From: Centroscyllium fabricii
Lineage: Eukaryota
Direction of reading: 5' to 3'
Assembly: GCA_051313645.2 (NCBI GenBank)
Contig: JBNRSN020000020.1
Coordinates: forward strand, 106,454,001 to 106,518,000
DNA: 64,000 nucleotides
Part shown: one piece after another, positions 31,901-46,900 of the stretch
How the letters are laid out: the number at the start of each line of letters is the position of its first letter
Position numbering within the stretch: the stretch's first letter is position 1
Translations under genes and position numbers: made by a program
The notes under the pieces: generated by a model
What the model was told of the DNA's origin: nothing
The model's input: the letters and a program-made list of their open reading frames with translations, nothing else
Database searches by the model: none

Positions 31901-34900
31901 TCAGTCAGTAATCTCCCCTCTTCAGTCAGTAATCTCTCCTCTTCAGTCAGTAATCTCTCCTATTCAGTCAGTAATCTCCCCTCTTCAGTTAGTAATCTCT
32001 CCTCTTCAGTCAGTAATCTCCCCTCTTCAGTCAGTAATCTCTCCTCTTCAGTCAGTAATCTCTCCTCTTCAGTCAGTAATCTCTCCTAATCAGTCAGTAA
32101 TCTCCCCTCTTCAGTCAGTAATCTCTCCTCTTCAGTCAGTAATCTCCCCTCTTCAGTCAGTAATCTCTCCTATTCAGTCAGTAATCTCCCCTCTTCAGTC
32201 AGTAATCACTCCTCTTCAGTCAGTAATCTCCCCTCTTCAGTCAGTAATCTCTCCTCTTCAGTCAGTAATCTCTCCTCTTCAGTCAGTAATCTCCCCTCCT
32301 CAGTCAGTAATCTCTCCTCTTCAGGCAGTAATCTCTCCTCTTCAGTCAGTAATCTCTCCTCTTCAGTCAGTAATCTCTCCTCTTCAGTCAGTAATCTCCC
32401 CTCTTCAGTCAGTAATCTCTCCTCTTCAGTCAGTAATCTACCCTCTTCAGTCAGTAATCCCCCCTCTTCAGTCAGTAATCTCTCTTCTTCAGTCAGTAAT
32501 CTCCCCTCTTCAGTTAGTAATCTCCCCTCTTCAGTCAGTAATCTCCGCTCTTCAGTCAGTAATCTCCCCTCTTCAGTCAGTAATCTCTCCTCTTCAGTCA
32601 GTAATCACCCCTCTTCAGTCAGTAATCTCTCCTCTTCAGTCAGTAATCTCCCCTCTTCAGTCAGTAATCACTCCTCTTCAGTCAGTAATCTCCCCTCTTC
32701 AGTCAGTAATCTCCCCTCTTCAGTCAGTAATCTCTCCTCTTCAGTCAGTAATCTCCCCTCTTCAGTCAGTAATCTCTCCTCTTCAGGCAGTAATCTCTCC
32801 TCTTCAGTCAGTAATCTCTCCTCTTCAGTCAGTAATCTCTCCTCTTCAGTCAGTAATCTCTCCTCTTCAGTCAGTAATCTCCCCTCTTCAGTCAGTAATC
32901 TCTCCTCTTCAGTCAGTAATCTCTCCTCTTCAGTCAGTAATCACCCCTCTTCAGTCAGTAATCTCTCCTCCTCAGTCAGTAATCTCCCCTCTTCAGTTAG
33001 TAATCTCCCCTCTTCAGTCAGTAATCTCCGCTCTTCAGTCAGTAATCTCCCCTCTTTAGTCAGTAATCTCTCCTCTTCAGTCAGTAATCACCCCTCTTCA
33101 GTCAGTAATCTCTCCTCTTCAGTCAGTAATCACCCCTCTTCAGTCAGTAATCACTCCTCTTCAGTCAGTAATCTCCCCTCTTCAGTCAGTAATCTCCCCT
33201 CTTCAGTCAGTAATCTCTCCTCTTCAGTCAGTAATCTCCCCTCTTCAGTCAGTAATCTCTCCTCTTCAGTCAGTAATCTCCCCTCTTCAGTCAGTAATCT
33301 CCCCTCTTCAGTCAGTAATCTCTCCTCTTCAGTCAGTAATCTCCCCTCTTCAGTCAGTAATCTCTCCTCTTCTGTCAGTAATCTCCCCACTTCAGTCAGT
33401 AATCTCTCCTCTTTAGACAGTAATCTCCCCTCTTCAGACAGTAATCTCCCTTCTTCAGTCAGTAATCTCTCCACTTCAGACAGTAATCTACCCTCTTCAG
33501 TCAGTAATCTCTCCTCTTCAGTCAGTAATCTCCCCTCTTCAGTCAGTAATCTCTCCTCTTCAGTCAGTAATCTCTCCTATTCAGTCAGTAATCTCCCCTC
33601 TTCAGTTAGTAATCTCTCCTCTTCAGTCAGTAATCTCCCCTCTTCAGTCAGTAATCTCTCCTCTTCAGTCAGTAATCTCTCCTATTCAGTCAGTAATCTC
33701 CCCTCTTCAGTTAGTAATCTCTCCTCTTCAGTCAGTAATCTCCCCTCTTCAGTCAGTAATCTCTCCTCTTCAGTCAGTAATCTCCCCTCTTCAGTCAGTA
33801 ATCTCTCCTCTTCAGTCAGTAATCTCTCCTCTTCAGTCAGTAATCTCCCCTCTTCAGTTGGTAATCTCTCCTCTTCAGTCAGTAATCTCTCCTCTTCAGT
33901 CAGTAATCTCTCCTCTTCAGTCAGTAATCTCCCCTCTTCAGTCAGTAATCTCTCATCTTCAGTTAGTAATCTCCCCTCTTCAGTCAGTAATCTCTCCTCT
34001 TCAGTCAGTAATCTCCCCTCTTCAGTCAGTAATCTCCACTCTTCAGTCAGTAATCTCTCCTCTTCAGTCAGTAATCTCTCCTCTTCAGTCAGTAATCTCC
34101 CCTCTTCAGTCAGTAATCTCCCCTCTTCAGTCAGTAATCTCCCCTCTTCAGTTAGAAATCTCTCCTCTTCAGTCAGTAATCTCTCCTCTTCAGTCAGTAA
34201 TCTCCCCTCTTCAGTCAGTAATCTCCCCTCTTCAGTCAGTAATCTCTCCTCTTCAGTCAGTAATCTCCCCTCTTCAGTCAGTAATCTCTCCTCTTCAGTC
34301 AGTAATCTCTCCTCTTCAGTCAGTAATCTCCCCTCTTCAGTCAGTAATCCCCCCTCTTCAGTCAGTAATCTCTCCTCTTCAGTCAGAAATCTCCCCTCTT
34401 CAGTTAGTAATCTCCCCTCTTCAGTCAGTAATCTCCGCTCTTCAGTCAGTAATCTCCCCTCTTCAGTCAGTAATCGCTCCTCTTCAGTCAGTAATCACCC
34501 CTCTTCAGTCAGTAATCTCTCCTCTTCAGTCAGTAATCTCCACTCTTCAGTCAGTAATCACTCCTCTTCAGTCAGTAATCTCCCCTCTTCAGTCAGTAAT
34601 CTCCCCTCTACAGTCAGTAATCTCTCCTCTTCAGTCAGTAATCTCTCCTCTTTAGTCAGTAATGTCTCCTCTTCAGTCAGTAACCTCCCCTCTTCAGTCA
34701 GTAATCTCTCCTCTTCAGTCAGTAATCTCCCCTCTTCAGTCAGTAATCTCTCCTCTTCAGGCAGTAATCTCTCCTCTTCAGTCAGTAATCTCTCCTCTTC
34801 AGTCAGTAATCTCTCCTCTTCAGTCAGTAATCTCTCCTCTTCAGTCAGTAATCTCCCCTCTTCAGTCAGTAATCTCTCCTCTTCAGTCATTAATCTCTCC

Positions 34901-37900
34901 TCTTCAGTTAGTAATCACCCCTCTTCAGTCAGTAATCTCTCCTCTTCAGTCAGTAATCTCCCCTCTTCAGTTAGTAATCTCCCCTCTTCAGTCAGTAATC
35001 TCCGCTCTTCAGTCAGTAATCTCCCCTCTTTAGTCAGTAATCTCTCCTCTTCAGTCAGTTATCACCCCTCTTCAGTCAGTAATCTCTCCTCTTCAATCAG
35101 TAATCTCCCCTCTTCAGTCAGTAATCACTCCTCTTCAGTCAGTAATCTCCCCTCTTCAGTCAGTAATCTCCCCTCTTCAGTCAGTAATCTCTCCTCTTCA
35201 GTCAGTAATCTCTCCTCTTCAGTCAGTAATCTCCCCTCTTCAGTCAGTAATCACTCCTCTTCAGTCAGTAATCTCCCCTCTTCAGTCAGTAATCTCCCCT
35301 CTTCAGTCAGTAATCTCTCCTCTTCAGTCAGTAATCTCCCCTCTTCAGTTAGTAATCTCCCCTCTTCAGTCAGTAATCTCCCCTCTTCAGTCAGTAATCT
35401 CTCCTCTTCAGTCAGTAATCTCCCCTCTTCAGTCAGTAATCTCTCCTCTTCTGTCAGTAATCTCCCCTCTTCAGTCAGTAATCTCCCCTCTTCAGACAGT
35501 AATCTCCCCTCTTCAAACAGTAAGCTCCCCTCTTCAGTCAGTAATCTCTCCACTTCAGACAGTAATCTACCCTCTTCAGTCAGTAATCTCTCCTCTTCAG
35601 TCAGTAATCTCCCCTCTTCAGTCAGTAATCTCTCCTCTTCAGTCAGTAATCTCTCCTATTCAGTCAGTAATCTCCCCTCTTCAGTTAGTAATCTCTCCTC
35701 TTCAGTCAGTAACCTCCCCTCTTCAGTCAGTAATCTCTCCTCTTCAGTCAGTAATCTCCCCTCTTCAGTCAGTAATCTCTCCTCTTCAGTCAGTAATCTC
35801 TCCTCTTCAGTCAGTAATCTCCCCTCTTCAGTTGGTAATCTCTCCTCTTCAGTCAGTAATCTCTCCTCTTCAGTCAGTAATCTCTCCTCTTCAGTCAGTA
35901 ATCTCCCCTCTTCAGTCAGTAATCTCTCATCTTCAGTTAGTAATCTCCCCTCTTCAGTCAGTAATCTCTCCTCTTCAGTCAGTAATCTCCCCTCTTCAGT
36001 CAGTAATCTCCACTCTTCAGTCAGTAATCTCTCCTCTTCAGTCAGTAATCTCCCCTCTTCAGTCAGTAATCTCACCTCTTCAGTCAGTAATCTCTCCTCT
36101 TCAGTCAGTAATCTCCCCTCTTCAGTCACTAATCTCTCCTATTCAGTCAGTAATCTCCCCTCTTCAGTCAGTAATCTCCCCTCTTCAGTTAGTAATCTCC
36201 CCTCTTCAGTCAGTAATCTCCCCTCTTCAGTCAGTAATCTCTCCTCTTCAGTCAGTAATCTCCCCTCTTCAGTCAGTAATCTCTCCTCTTCTGTCAGTAA
36301 TCTCCCCTCTTCAGTCAGTAATCTCTCCTCTTCAGACAGTAATCTCCCCTCTTCAGACAGTAATCTCCCCACTTCAGTCAGTAATCTCTCCACTTCAGAC
36401 AATAATCTACCCTCTTCAGTCAGTAATCTCTCCTCTTCAGTCAGTAATCTCCCCTCTTCAGTCAGTAATCTCTCCTCTTCAGTCAGTAATCTCTCCTATT
36501 CAGTCAGTAATCTCCCCTCTTCAGTTAGTAATCTCTCCTCTTCAGTCAGTAATCTCCCCTCTTCAGTCAGTAATCTCTCCTCTTCAGTCAGTAATCTCTC
36601 CTCTTCAGTCAGTAATCTCTCCTAATCAGTCAGTAATCTCCCCTCTTCAGTCAGTAATCTCTCCTCTTCAGTCAGTAATCTCCCCTCTTCAGTCAGTAAT
36701 CTCTCCTATTCAGTCAGTAATCTCCCCTCTTCAGTCAGTAATCACTCCTCTTCAGTCAGTAATCTCCCCTCTTCAGTCAGTAATCTCTCCTCTTCAGTCA
36801 GTAATCTCTCCTCTTCAGTCAGTAATCTCCCCTCCTCAGTCAGTAATCTCTCCTCTTCAGGCAGTAATCTCTCCTCTTCAGTCAGTAATCTCTCCTCTTC
36901 AGTCAGTAATCTCTCCTCTTCAGTCAGTAATCTCCCCTCTTCAGTCAGTAATCTCTCCTCTTCAGTCAGTAATCTACCCTCTTCAGTCAGTAATCCCCCC
37001 TCTTCAGTCAGTAATCTCTCTTCTTCAGTCAGTAATCTCCCCTCTTCAGTTAGTAATCTCCCCTCTTCAGTCAGTAATCTCCGCTCTTCAGTCAGTAATC
37101 TCCCCTCTTCAGTCAGTAATCTCTCCTCTTCAGTCAGTAATCACCCCTCTTCAGTCAGTAATCTCTCCTCTTCAGTCAGTAATCTCCCCTCTTCAGTCAG
37201 TAATCACTCCTCTTCAGTCAGTAATCTCCCCTCTTCAGTCAGTAATCTCCCCTCTTCAGTCAGTAATCTCTCCTCTTCAGTCAGTAATCTCCCCTCTTCA
37301 GTCAGTAATCTCTCCTCTTCAGGCAGTAATCTCTCCTCTTCAGTCAGTAATCTCTCCTCTTCAGTCAGTAATCTCTCCTCTTCAGTCAGTAATCTCTCCT
37401 CTTCAGTCAGTAATCTCCCCTCTTCAGTCAGTAATCTCTCCTCTTCAGTCAGTAATCTCTCCTCTTCAGTCAGTAATCACCCCTCTTCAGTCAGTAATCT
37501 CTCCTCCTCAGTCAGTAATCTCCCCTCTTCAGTTAGTAATCTCCCCTCTTCAGTCAGTAATCTCCGCTCTTCAGTCAGTAATCTCCCCTCTTTAGTCAGT
37601 AATCTCTCCTCTTCAGTCAGTAATCACCCCTCTTCAGTCAGTAATCTCTCCTCTTCAGTCAGTAATCACCCCTCTTCAGTCAGTAATCACTCCTCTTCAG
37701 TCAGTAATCTCCCCTCTTCAGTCAGTAATCTCCCCTCTTCAGTCAGTAATCTCTCCTCTTCAGTCAGTAATCTCCCCTCTTCAGTCAGTAATCTCTCCTC
37801 TTCAGTCAGTAATCTCCCCTCTTCAGTCAGTAATCTCCCCTCTTCAGTCAGTAATCTCTCCTCTTCAGTCAGTAATCTCCCCTCTTCAGTCAGTAATCTC

Positions 37901-40900
37901 TCCTCTTCTGTCAGTAATCTCCCCACTTCAGTCAGTAATCTCTCCTCTTTAGACAGTAATCTCCCCTCTTCAGACAGTAATCTCCCTTCTTCAGTCAGTA
38001 ATCTCTCCACTTCAGACAGTAATCTACCCTCTTCAGTCAGTAATCTCTCCTCTTCAGTCAGTAATCTCCCCTCTTCAGTCAGTAATCTCTCCTCTTCAGT
38101 CAGTAATCTCTCCTATTCAGTCAGTAATCTCCCCTCTTCAGTTAGTAATCTCTCCTCTTCAGTCAGTAATCTCCCCTCTTCAGTCAGTAATCTCTCCTCT
38201 TCAGTCAGTAATCTCCCCTCTTCAGTCAGTAATCTCTCCTCTTCAGTCAGTAATCTCTCCTCTTCAGTCAGTAATCTCCCCTCTTCAGTTGGTAATCTCT
38301 CCTCTTCAGTCAGTAATCTCTGCTCTTCAGTCAGTAATCTCTCCTCTTCAGTCAGTAATCTCCCCTCTTCAGTCAGTAATCTCTCATCTTCAGTTAGTAA
38401 TCTCCCCTCTTCAGTCAGTAATCTCTCCTCTTCAGTCAGTAATCTCCCCTCTTCAGTCAGTAATCTCCCCTCTTCAGTCAGTAATCTCTCCTCTTCAGTC
38501 AGTAATCTCCCCTCTTCAGTCAGTAATCTCTCCTCTTCAGTCAGTAATCTCTCCTCTTCAGTCAGTAATCTCACCTCTTCAGTCAGTAATCTCTCCTCTT
38601 CAGTCAGTAATCTCCCCTCTTCAGTCAGTAATCACCCCTCTTCAGTCAGTAATCTCCCCTCTTCAGTCAGTAATCTCCCCTCTTCAGTCAGTAATCTCTC
38701 CTCTTCAGTCAGTAATCTCCCCTCTTCAGTCAGTAATTTCTCCTCTTCAGTCAGTAATCTCTCCTCTTCAGTCAGTAATCTCCCCTCTTCAGTCAGTAAT
38801 CTCTCCTCTTCAGGCAGTAATCTCTCCTCTTCAGTCTGTAATCTCTCCTCTTCAGTCAGTAATCTTCCCTCTTCAGTCAGTAATCTCCCCTCTTCAGTCA
38901 GTAATCTCTCCTATTCAGTCAGTAATCTCCCCTCTTCAGTCAGTAATCACTCCTCTTCAGTCAGTAATCTCCCCTCTTCAGTCAGTAATCTCTCCTCTTC
39001 AGTCAGTAATCTCTCCTCTTCAGTCAGTAATCTCCCCTCTTCAGTCAGTAATCTCTCCTCTTCAGGCAGTAATCTCTCCTCTTCAGTCAGTAATCTCTCC
39101 TCTTCAGTCAGTAATCTCTCCTCTTCAGTCAGTAATCTCTCCTCTTCAGTCAGTAATCTCTCCTATTCAGTCAGTAATCTCCCCTCTTCAGTTAGTAATC
39201 TCTCCTCTTCAGTCAGTAATCTCCCCTCTTCAGTCAGTAATCTCTCCTCTTCAGTCAGTAATCTCTCCTCTTCAGTCAGTAATCTCTCCTAATCAGTCAG
39301 TAATCTCCCCTCTTCAGTCAGTAATCTCTCCTCTTCAGTCAGTAATCTCCCCTCTTCAGTCAGTAATCTCTCCTATTCAGTCAGTAATCTCCCCTCTTCA
39401 GTCAGTAATCACTCCTCTTCAGTCAGTAATCTCCCCTCTTCAGTCAGTAATCTCTCCTCTTCAGTCAGTAATCTCTCCTCTTCAGTCAGTAATCTCCCCT
39501 CTTCAGTCAGTAATCTCTCCTCTTCAGGCAGTAATCTCTCCTCTTCAGTCAGTAATCTCTCCTCTTCAGTCAGTAATCTCTCCTCTTCAGTCAGTAATCT
39601 CCCCTCTTCAGTCAGTAATCTCTCCTCTTCAGTCAGTAATCTACCCTCTTCAGTCAGTAATCCCCCCTCTTCAGTCAGTAATCTCTCCTCTTCAGTCAGT
39701 AATCTCCCCTCTTCAGTTAGTAATCTCCCCTCTTCAGTCAGTAATCTCCGCTCTTCAGTCAGTAATCTCCCCTCTTCAGTCAGTAATCTCTCCTCTTCAG
39801 TCAGTAATCACCCCTCTTCAGTCAGTAATCTCTCCTCTTCAGTCAGTAATCTCCCCTCTTCAGTCAGTAATCACTCCTCTTCAGTCAGTAATCTCCCCTC
39901 TTCAGTCAGTAATCTCCCCTCTTCAGTCAGTAATCTCTCCTCTTCAGTCAGTAATCTCTCCTCTTCAGTCAGTAATGTCTCCTCTTCAGTCAGTAATCTC
40001 CCCTCTTCAGTCAGTAATCTCTCCTCTTCAGTCAGTAATCTCCCCTCTTCAGTCAGTAATCTCTCCTCTTCAGGCAGTAATCTCTCCTCTTCAGTCAGTA
40101 ATCTCTCCTCTTCAGTCAGTAATCTCTCCTCTTCAGTCAGTAATCTCTCCTCTTCAGTCAGTAATCTCCCCTCTTCAGTCAGTAATCTCTCCTCTTCAGT
40201 CAGTAATCTCTCCTCTTCAGTCAGTAATCACCCCTCTTCAGTCAGTAATCTCTCCTCTTCAGTCAGTAATCTCCCCTCTTCAGTTAGTAATCTCCCCTCT
40301 TCAGTCAGTAATCTCCGCTCTTCAGTCAGTAATCTCCCCTCTTTAGTCAGTAATCTCTCCTCTTCAGTCAGTAATCACCCCTCTTCAGTCAGTAATCTCT
40401 CCTCTTCAGTCAGTAATCTCCCCTCTTCAGTCAGTAATCACTCCTCTTCAGTCAGTAATCTCCCCTCTTCAGTCAGTAATCTCCCCTCTTCAGTCAGTAA
40501 TCTCTCCTCTTCAGTCAGTAATCTCTCCTCTTCAGTCAGTAATCTCTCCTCTTCAGTCAGTAATCTCCCCTCTTCAGTTAGTAATCTCCCCTCTTCAGTC
40601 AGTAATCTCCCCTCTTCAGTCAGTAATCTCTCCTCTTCAGTCAGTAATCTCCCCTCTTCAGTCAGTAATCTCTCCTCTTCTGTCAGTAATCTCCCCTCTT
40701 CAGTCAGTAATCTCTCCTCTTTAGACAGTAATCTCCCCTCTTCAGACAGAAATCTCCCTTCTTCAGTCAGTAATCTCTCCACTTCAGACAGTAATCTACC
40801 CTCTTCAGTCAGTAATCTCTCCTCTTCAGTCAGTAATCTCCCCTCTTCAGTCAGTAATCTCTCCTCTTCAGTCAGTAATCTCTCCTATTCAGTCAGTAAT

Positions 40901-43900
40901 CTCCCCTCTGCAGTTAGTAATCTCTCCTCTTCAGTCAGTAATCTCCCCTCTTCAGTCAGTAATCTCTCCTCTTCAGTCAGTAATCTCCCCTCTTCAGTCA
41001 GTAATCTCTCCTCTTCAGTCAGTAATCTCTCCTCTTCAGTCAGTAATCTCCCCTCTTCAGTTGGTAATCTCTCCTCTTCAGTCAGTAATCTCTGCTCTTC
41101 AGTCAGTAATCTCTCCTCTTCAGTCAGTAATCTCCCCTCTTCAGTCAGTAATCTCTCATCTTCAGTTAGTAATCTCCCCTCTTCAGTCAGTAATCTCTCC
41201 TCTTCAGTCAGTAATCTCCCCTCTTCAGTCAGTAATCTCCCCTCTTCAGTCAGTAATCTCTCCTCTTCAGTCAGTAATCTCCCCTCTTCAGTCAGTAATC
41301 TCTCCTCTTCAGTCAGTAATCTCTCCTCTTCAGTCAGTAATCTCACCTCTTCAGTCCGTAATCTCTCCTCTTCAGTCAGTAATCTCCCCTCTTCAGTCAG
41401 TAATCACCCCTCTTCAGTCAGTAATCTCCCCTCTTCAGTCAGTAATCTCCCCTCTTCAGTCAGTAATCTCTCCTCTTCAGTCAGTAATCTCCCCTCTTCA
41501 GTCAGTAATTTCTCCTCTTCAGTCAGTAATCTCTCCTCTTCAGTCAGTAATCTCCCCTCTTCAGTCAGTAATCTCTCCTCTTCAGGCAGTAATCTCTCCT
41601 CTTCAGTCTGTAATCTCTCCTCTTCAGTCAGTAATCTTCCCTCTTCAGTCAGTAATCTCCCCTCTTCAGTCAGTAATCTCTCCTATTCAGTCAGTAATCT
41701 CCCCTCTTCAGTCAGTAATCACTCCTCTTCAGTCAGTAATCTCCCCTCTTCAGTCAGTAATCTCTCCTCTTCAGTCAGTAATCTCTCCTCTTCAGTCAGT
41801 AATCTCCCCTCTTCAGTCAGTAATCTCTCCTCTTCAGGCAGTAATCTCTCCTCTTCAGTCAGTAATCTCTCCTCTTCAGTCAGTAATCTCTCCTCTTCAG
41901 TCAGTAATCTCTCCTATTCAGTCAGTAATCTCCCCTCTTCAGTTAGTAATCTCTCCTCGTCAGTCAGTAATCTTCCCTCTTCAGTCAGTAATCTCTCCTC
42001 TTCAGTCAGTAATTTCTCCTCTTCAGTCAGTAATCTCTCCTAATCAGTCAGTAATCTCCCCTCTTCAGTCAGTAATCTCTCCTCTTCAGTCAGTAGTCTC
42101 CCCTCTTCAGTCAGTAATCCCTCCTATTCAGTCAGTAATCTGCCCTCTTCAGTCAGTAATCACTCCTCTTCAGTCAGTAATCTCCCCTCTTCAGTCAGTA
42201 ATCTCTCCTCTTCAGTCAGTAATCTCTCCTCTTCAGTCAGTAATCTCCCCTCTTCAGTCAGTAATCTCTCCTCTTCAGGCAGTAATCTCTCCTCTTCAGT
42301 CAGTAATCTCTCCTCTTCAGTCAGTAATCTCTCCTCTTCAGTCAGTAATCTCCCCTCTTCAGTCAGTAATCTCTCCTCTTCAGTCAGTAATCTACCCTCT
42401 TCAGTCAGTAATCCCCCCTCTTCAGTCAGTAATCTCTCCTCTTCAGTCAGTAATCTCCCCTCTTCAGTTAGTAATCTCCCCTCTTCAGTCAGTAATCTCC
42501 GCTCTTCAGTCAGTAATCTCCCCTCTTCCGTCAGTAATCTCTCCTCTTCAGTCAGTAATCACCCCTCTTCAGTCAGTAATCTCTCCTCTTCAGTCAGTAA
42601 TCTCCCCTCTTCAGTCAGTAATCACTCCTCTTCAGTCAGTAATCTCCCCTCTTCAGTCAGTAATCTCCCCTCTTCAGTCAGTAATCTCTCCTCTTCAGTC
42701 AGTAATCTCTCCTCTTCAGTCAGTAATGTCTCCTCTTCAGTCAGTAATCTCCCCTCTTCAGTCAGTAATCTCTCCTCTTCAGTCAGTAATCTCCCCTCTT
42801 CAGTCAGTAATCTCTCCTCTTCAGGCAGTAATCTCTCCTCTTCAGTCAGTAATCTCTCCTCTTCAGTCAGTAATCTCTCCTCTTCAGTCAGTAATCTCTC
42901 CTCTTCAGTCAGTAATCTCCCCTCTTCAGTCAGTAATCTCTCCTCTTCAGTCAGTAATCTCTCCTCTTCAGTCAGTAATCACCCCTCTTCAGTCAGTAAT
43001 CTCTCCTCTTCAGTCAGTAATCTCCCCTCTTCAGTTAGTAATCTCCCCTCTTCAGTCAGTAATCTCCGCTCTTCAGTCAGTAATCTCCCCTCTTTAGTCA
43101 GTAATCTCTCCTCTTCAGTCAGTAATCACCCCTCTTCAGTCAGTAATCTCTCCTCTTCAGTCAGTAATCTCCCCTCTTCAGTCAGTAATCACTCCTCTTC
43201 AGTCAGTAATCTCCCCTCTTCAGTCAGTAATCTCCCCTCTTCAGTCAGTAATCTCTCCTCTTCAGTCAGTAATCTCTCCTCTTCAGTCAGTAATCTCTCC
43301 TCTTCAGTCAGTAATCTCCCCTCTTCAGTTAGTAATCTCCCCTCTTCAGTCAGTAATCTCCCCTCTTCAGTCAGTAATCTCTCCTCTTCAGTCAGTAATC
43401 TCCCCTCTTCAGTCAGTAATCTCTCCTCTTCTGTCAGTAATCTCCCCTCTTCAGTCAGTAATCTCTCCTCTTTAGACAGTAATCTCCCCTCTTCAGACAG
43501 TAATCTCCCTTCTTCAGTCAGTAATCTCTCCACTTCAGACAGTAATCTACCCTCTTCAGTCAGTAATCTCTCCTCTTCAGTCAGTAATCTCCCCTCTTCA
43601 GTCAGTAATCTCTCCTCTTCAGTCAGTAATCTCTCCTATTCAGTCAGTAATCTCCCCTCTTCAGTTAGTAATCTCTCCTCTTCAGTCAGTAATCTCCCCT
43701 CTTCAGTCAGTAATCTCTCCTCTTCAGTCAGTTATCTCCCCTCTTCAGTCAGTAATCTCTCCTCTTCAGTCAGTAATCTCTCCTCTTCAGTAAGTAATCT
43801 CCCCTCTTCAGTTGGTAATCTCTCCTCTTCAGTCAGTAATCTCTGCTCTTCAGTCAGTAATCTCTCCTCTTCAGTCAGTAATCTCCCCTCTTCAGTCAGT

Positions 43901-46900
43901 AATCTCTCATCTTCAGTTAGTAATCTCCCCTCTTCAGTCAGTAATCTCTCCTCTTCAGTCAGTAATCTCCCCTCTTCAGTCAGTAATCTCCCCTCTTCAG
44001 TCAGTAATCTCTCCTCTTCAGTCAGTAATCTCCCCTCTTCAGTCAGTAATCTCTCCTCTTCAGTCAGTAATCTCTCCTCTTCAGTCAGTAATCTCACCTC
44101 TTCAGTCAGTAATCTCTCCTCTTCAGTCAGTAATCTCCCCTCTTCAGTCAGTAATCACCCCTCTTCAGTCAGTAATCTCCCCTCTTCAGTCAGTAATCTC
44201 CCCTCTTCAGTCAGTAATCTCTCCTCTTCAGTTAGTAATCTCCCCTCTTCAGTCAGTAATTTCTCCTCTTCAGTCAGTAATCTCTCCTCTTCAGTCAGTA
44301 ATCTCCCCTCTTCAGTCAGTAATCTCTCCTCTTCAGGCAGTAATCTCTCCTCTTCAGTCTGTAATCTCTCCTCTTCAGTCAGTAATCTTCCCTCTTCAGT
44401 CAGTAATCTTCCCTCTTCAGTCAGTAATCTCCCCTCTTCAGTCAGTAATCTCTCCTCTTCAGTCAGTAATCTCTCCTCTTCAGTCAGTAATCCCCCCTCT
44501 TCAGTCAGTAATCTCTCCTCTTCAGTCAGTAATATCCCCTCTTCAGTTAGTAATCGCTCCTCTTCAGTCAGTAATCTCTGCTCTTCAGTCAGTAATCTCC
44601 CCTCTTCAGTCAGTAATCTCTCCTCTTCAGTCAGTAATCTCCCCTCTTCAGTCAGTAATCTCTCATCTTCAGTCAGTAATCTCCCCTCTTCAGTCAGTAA
44701 TCACTCCTCCTCAGTCAGTAATTTCCCCTCTTCAGTCAGTAATCTCCCCTCTTCAGTCAGTAATCTCTCCTCTTCAGTCAGTAATCTCTCCTCTTCAGTC
44801 AGTAATCTCTCCTCTTCAGTCAGTAATCTCCCCTCTTCAGTTAGTAATCTCCCCTCTTCAGTCAGTAATCTCTCCTCTTCAGTCAGTAATCTCTCCTCTT
44901 CAGTCAGTAATCTCTCCTCTTCAGTCAGTAATCTCTCCTAATCAGTCAGTAATCTCCCCTCTTCAGTCAGTAATCTCTCCTCTTCAGTCAGTAATCTCCC
45001 CTCTTCAGTCAGTAATCTCTCCTATTCAGTCAGTAATCTCCCCTCTTCAGTCAGTAATCACTCCTCTTCAGTCAGTAATCTCCCCTCTTCAGTCAGTAAT
45101 CTCTCCTCTTCAGTCAGTAATCTCTCCTCTTCAGTCAGTAATCTCCCCTCTTCAGTCAGTAATCTCTCCTCTTCAGGCAGTAATCTCTCCTCTTCAGTCA
45201 GTAATCTCTCCTCTTCAGTCAGTAATCTCTCCTCTTCAGTCAGTAATCTCCCCTCTTCAGTCAGTAATCTCTCCTCTTCAGTCAGTAATCTACCCTCTTC
45301 AGTCAGTAATCCCCCCTCTTCAGTCAGTAATCTCTCCTCTTCAGTCAGTAATCTCCCCTCTTCAGTTAGTAATCTCCCCTCTTCAGTCAGTAATCTCCGC
45401 TCTTCAGTCAGTAATCTCCCCTCTTCAGTCAGTAATCTCTCCTCTTCAGTCAGTAATCACCCCTCTTCAGTCAGTAATCTCTCCTCTTCAGTCAGTAATC
45501 TCCCCTCTTCAGTCAGTAATCACTCCTCTTCAGTCAGTAATCTCCCCTCTTCAGTCAGTAATCTCCCCTCTTCAGTCAGTAATCTCTCCTCTTCAGTCAG
45601 TAATCTCTCCTCTTCAGTCAGTAATGTCTCCTCTTCAGTCAGTAATCTCCCCTCTTCAGTCAGTAATCTCTCCTCTTCAGTCAGTAATCTCCCCTCTTCA
45701 GTCAGTAATCTCTCCTCTTCAGGCAGTAATCTCTCCTCTTCAGTCAGTAATCTCTCCTCTTCAGTCAGTAATCTCTCCTCTTCAGTCAGTAATCTCTCCT
45801 CTTCAGTCAGTAATCTCCCCTCTTCAGTCAGTAATCTCTCCTCTTCAGTCAGTAATCTCTCCTCTTCAGTCAGTAATCACCCCTCTTCAGTCAGTAATCT
45901 CTCCTCTTCAGTCAGTAATCTCCCCTCTTCAGTTAGTAATCTCCCCTCTTCAGTCAGTAATCTCCGCTCTTCAGTCAGTAATCTCCCCTCTTTAGTCAGT
46001 AATCTCTCCTCTTCAGTCAGTAATCACCCCTCTTCAGTCAGTAATCTCTCCTCTTCAGTCAGTAATCTCCCCTCTTCAGTCAGTAATCACTCCTCTTCAG
46101 TCAGTAATCTCCCCTCTTCAGTCAGTAATCTCCCCTCTTCAGTCAGTAATCTCTCCTCTTCAGTCAGTAATCTCTCCTCTTCAGTCAGTAATCTCTCCTC
46201 TTCAGTCAGTAATCTCCCCTCTTCAGTTAGTAATCTCCCCTCTTCAGTCAGTAATCTCCCCTCTTCAGTCAGTAATCTCTCCTCTTCAGTCAGTAATCTC
46301 CCCTCTTCAGTCAGTAATCTCTCCTCTTCTGTCAGTAATCTCCCCTCTTCAGTCAGTAATCTCTCCTCTTTAGACAGTAATCTCCCCTCTTCAGACAGTA
46401 ATCTCCCTTCTTCAGTCAGTAATCTCTCCACTTCAGACAGTAATCTACCCTCTTCAGTCAGTAATCTCTCCGCTTCAGTCAGTAATCTCCCCTCTTCAGT
46501 CAGTAATCTCTCCTCTTCAGTCAGTAATCTCTCCTATTCAGTCAGTAATCTCCCCTCTTCAGTTAGTAATCTCTCCTCTTCAGTCAGTAATCTCCCCTCT
46601 TCAGTCAGTGATCTCTCCTCTTCAGTCAGTAATCTCCCCTCTTCAGTCAGTAATCTCTCCTCTTCAGTCAGTAATCTCTCCTCTTCAGTCAGTAATCTCC
46701 CCTCTTCAGTTGGTAATCTCTCCTCTTCAGTCAGTAATCTCTGCTCTTCAGTCAGTAATCTCTCCTCTTCAGTCAGTAATCTCCCCTCTTCAGTCAGTAA
46801 TCTCTCATCTTCAGTTAGTAATCTCCCCTCTTCAGTCAGTAATCTCTCCTCTTCAGTCAGTAATCTCCCCTCTTCAGTCAGTAATCTCCCCTCTTCAGTC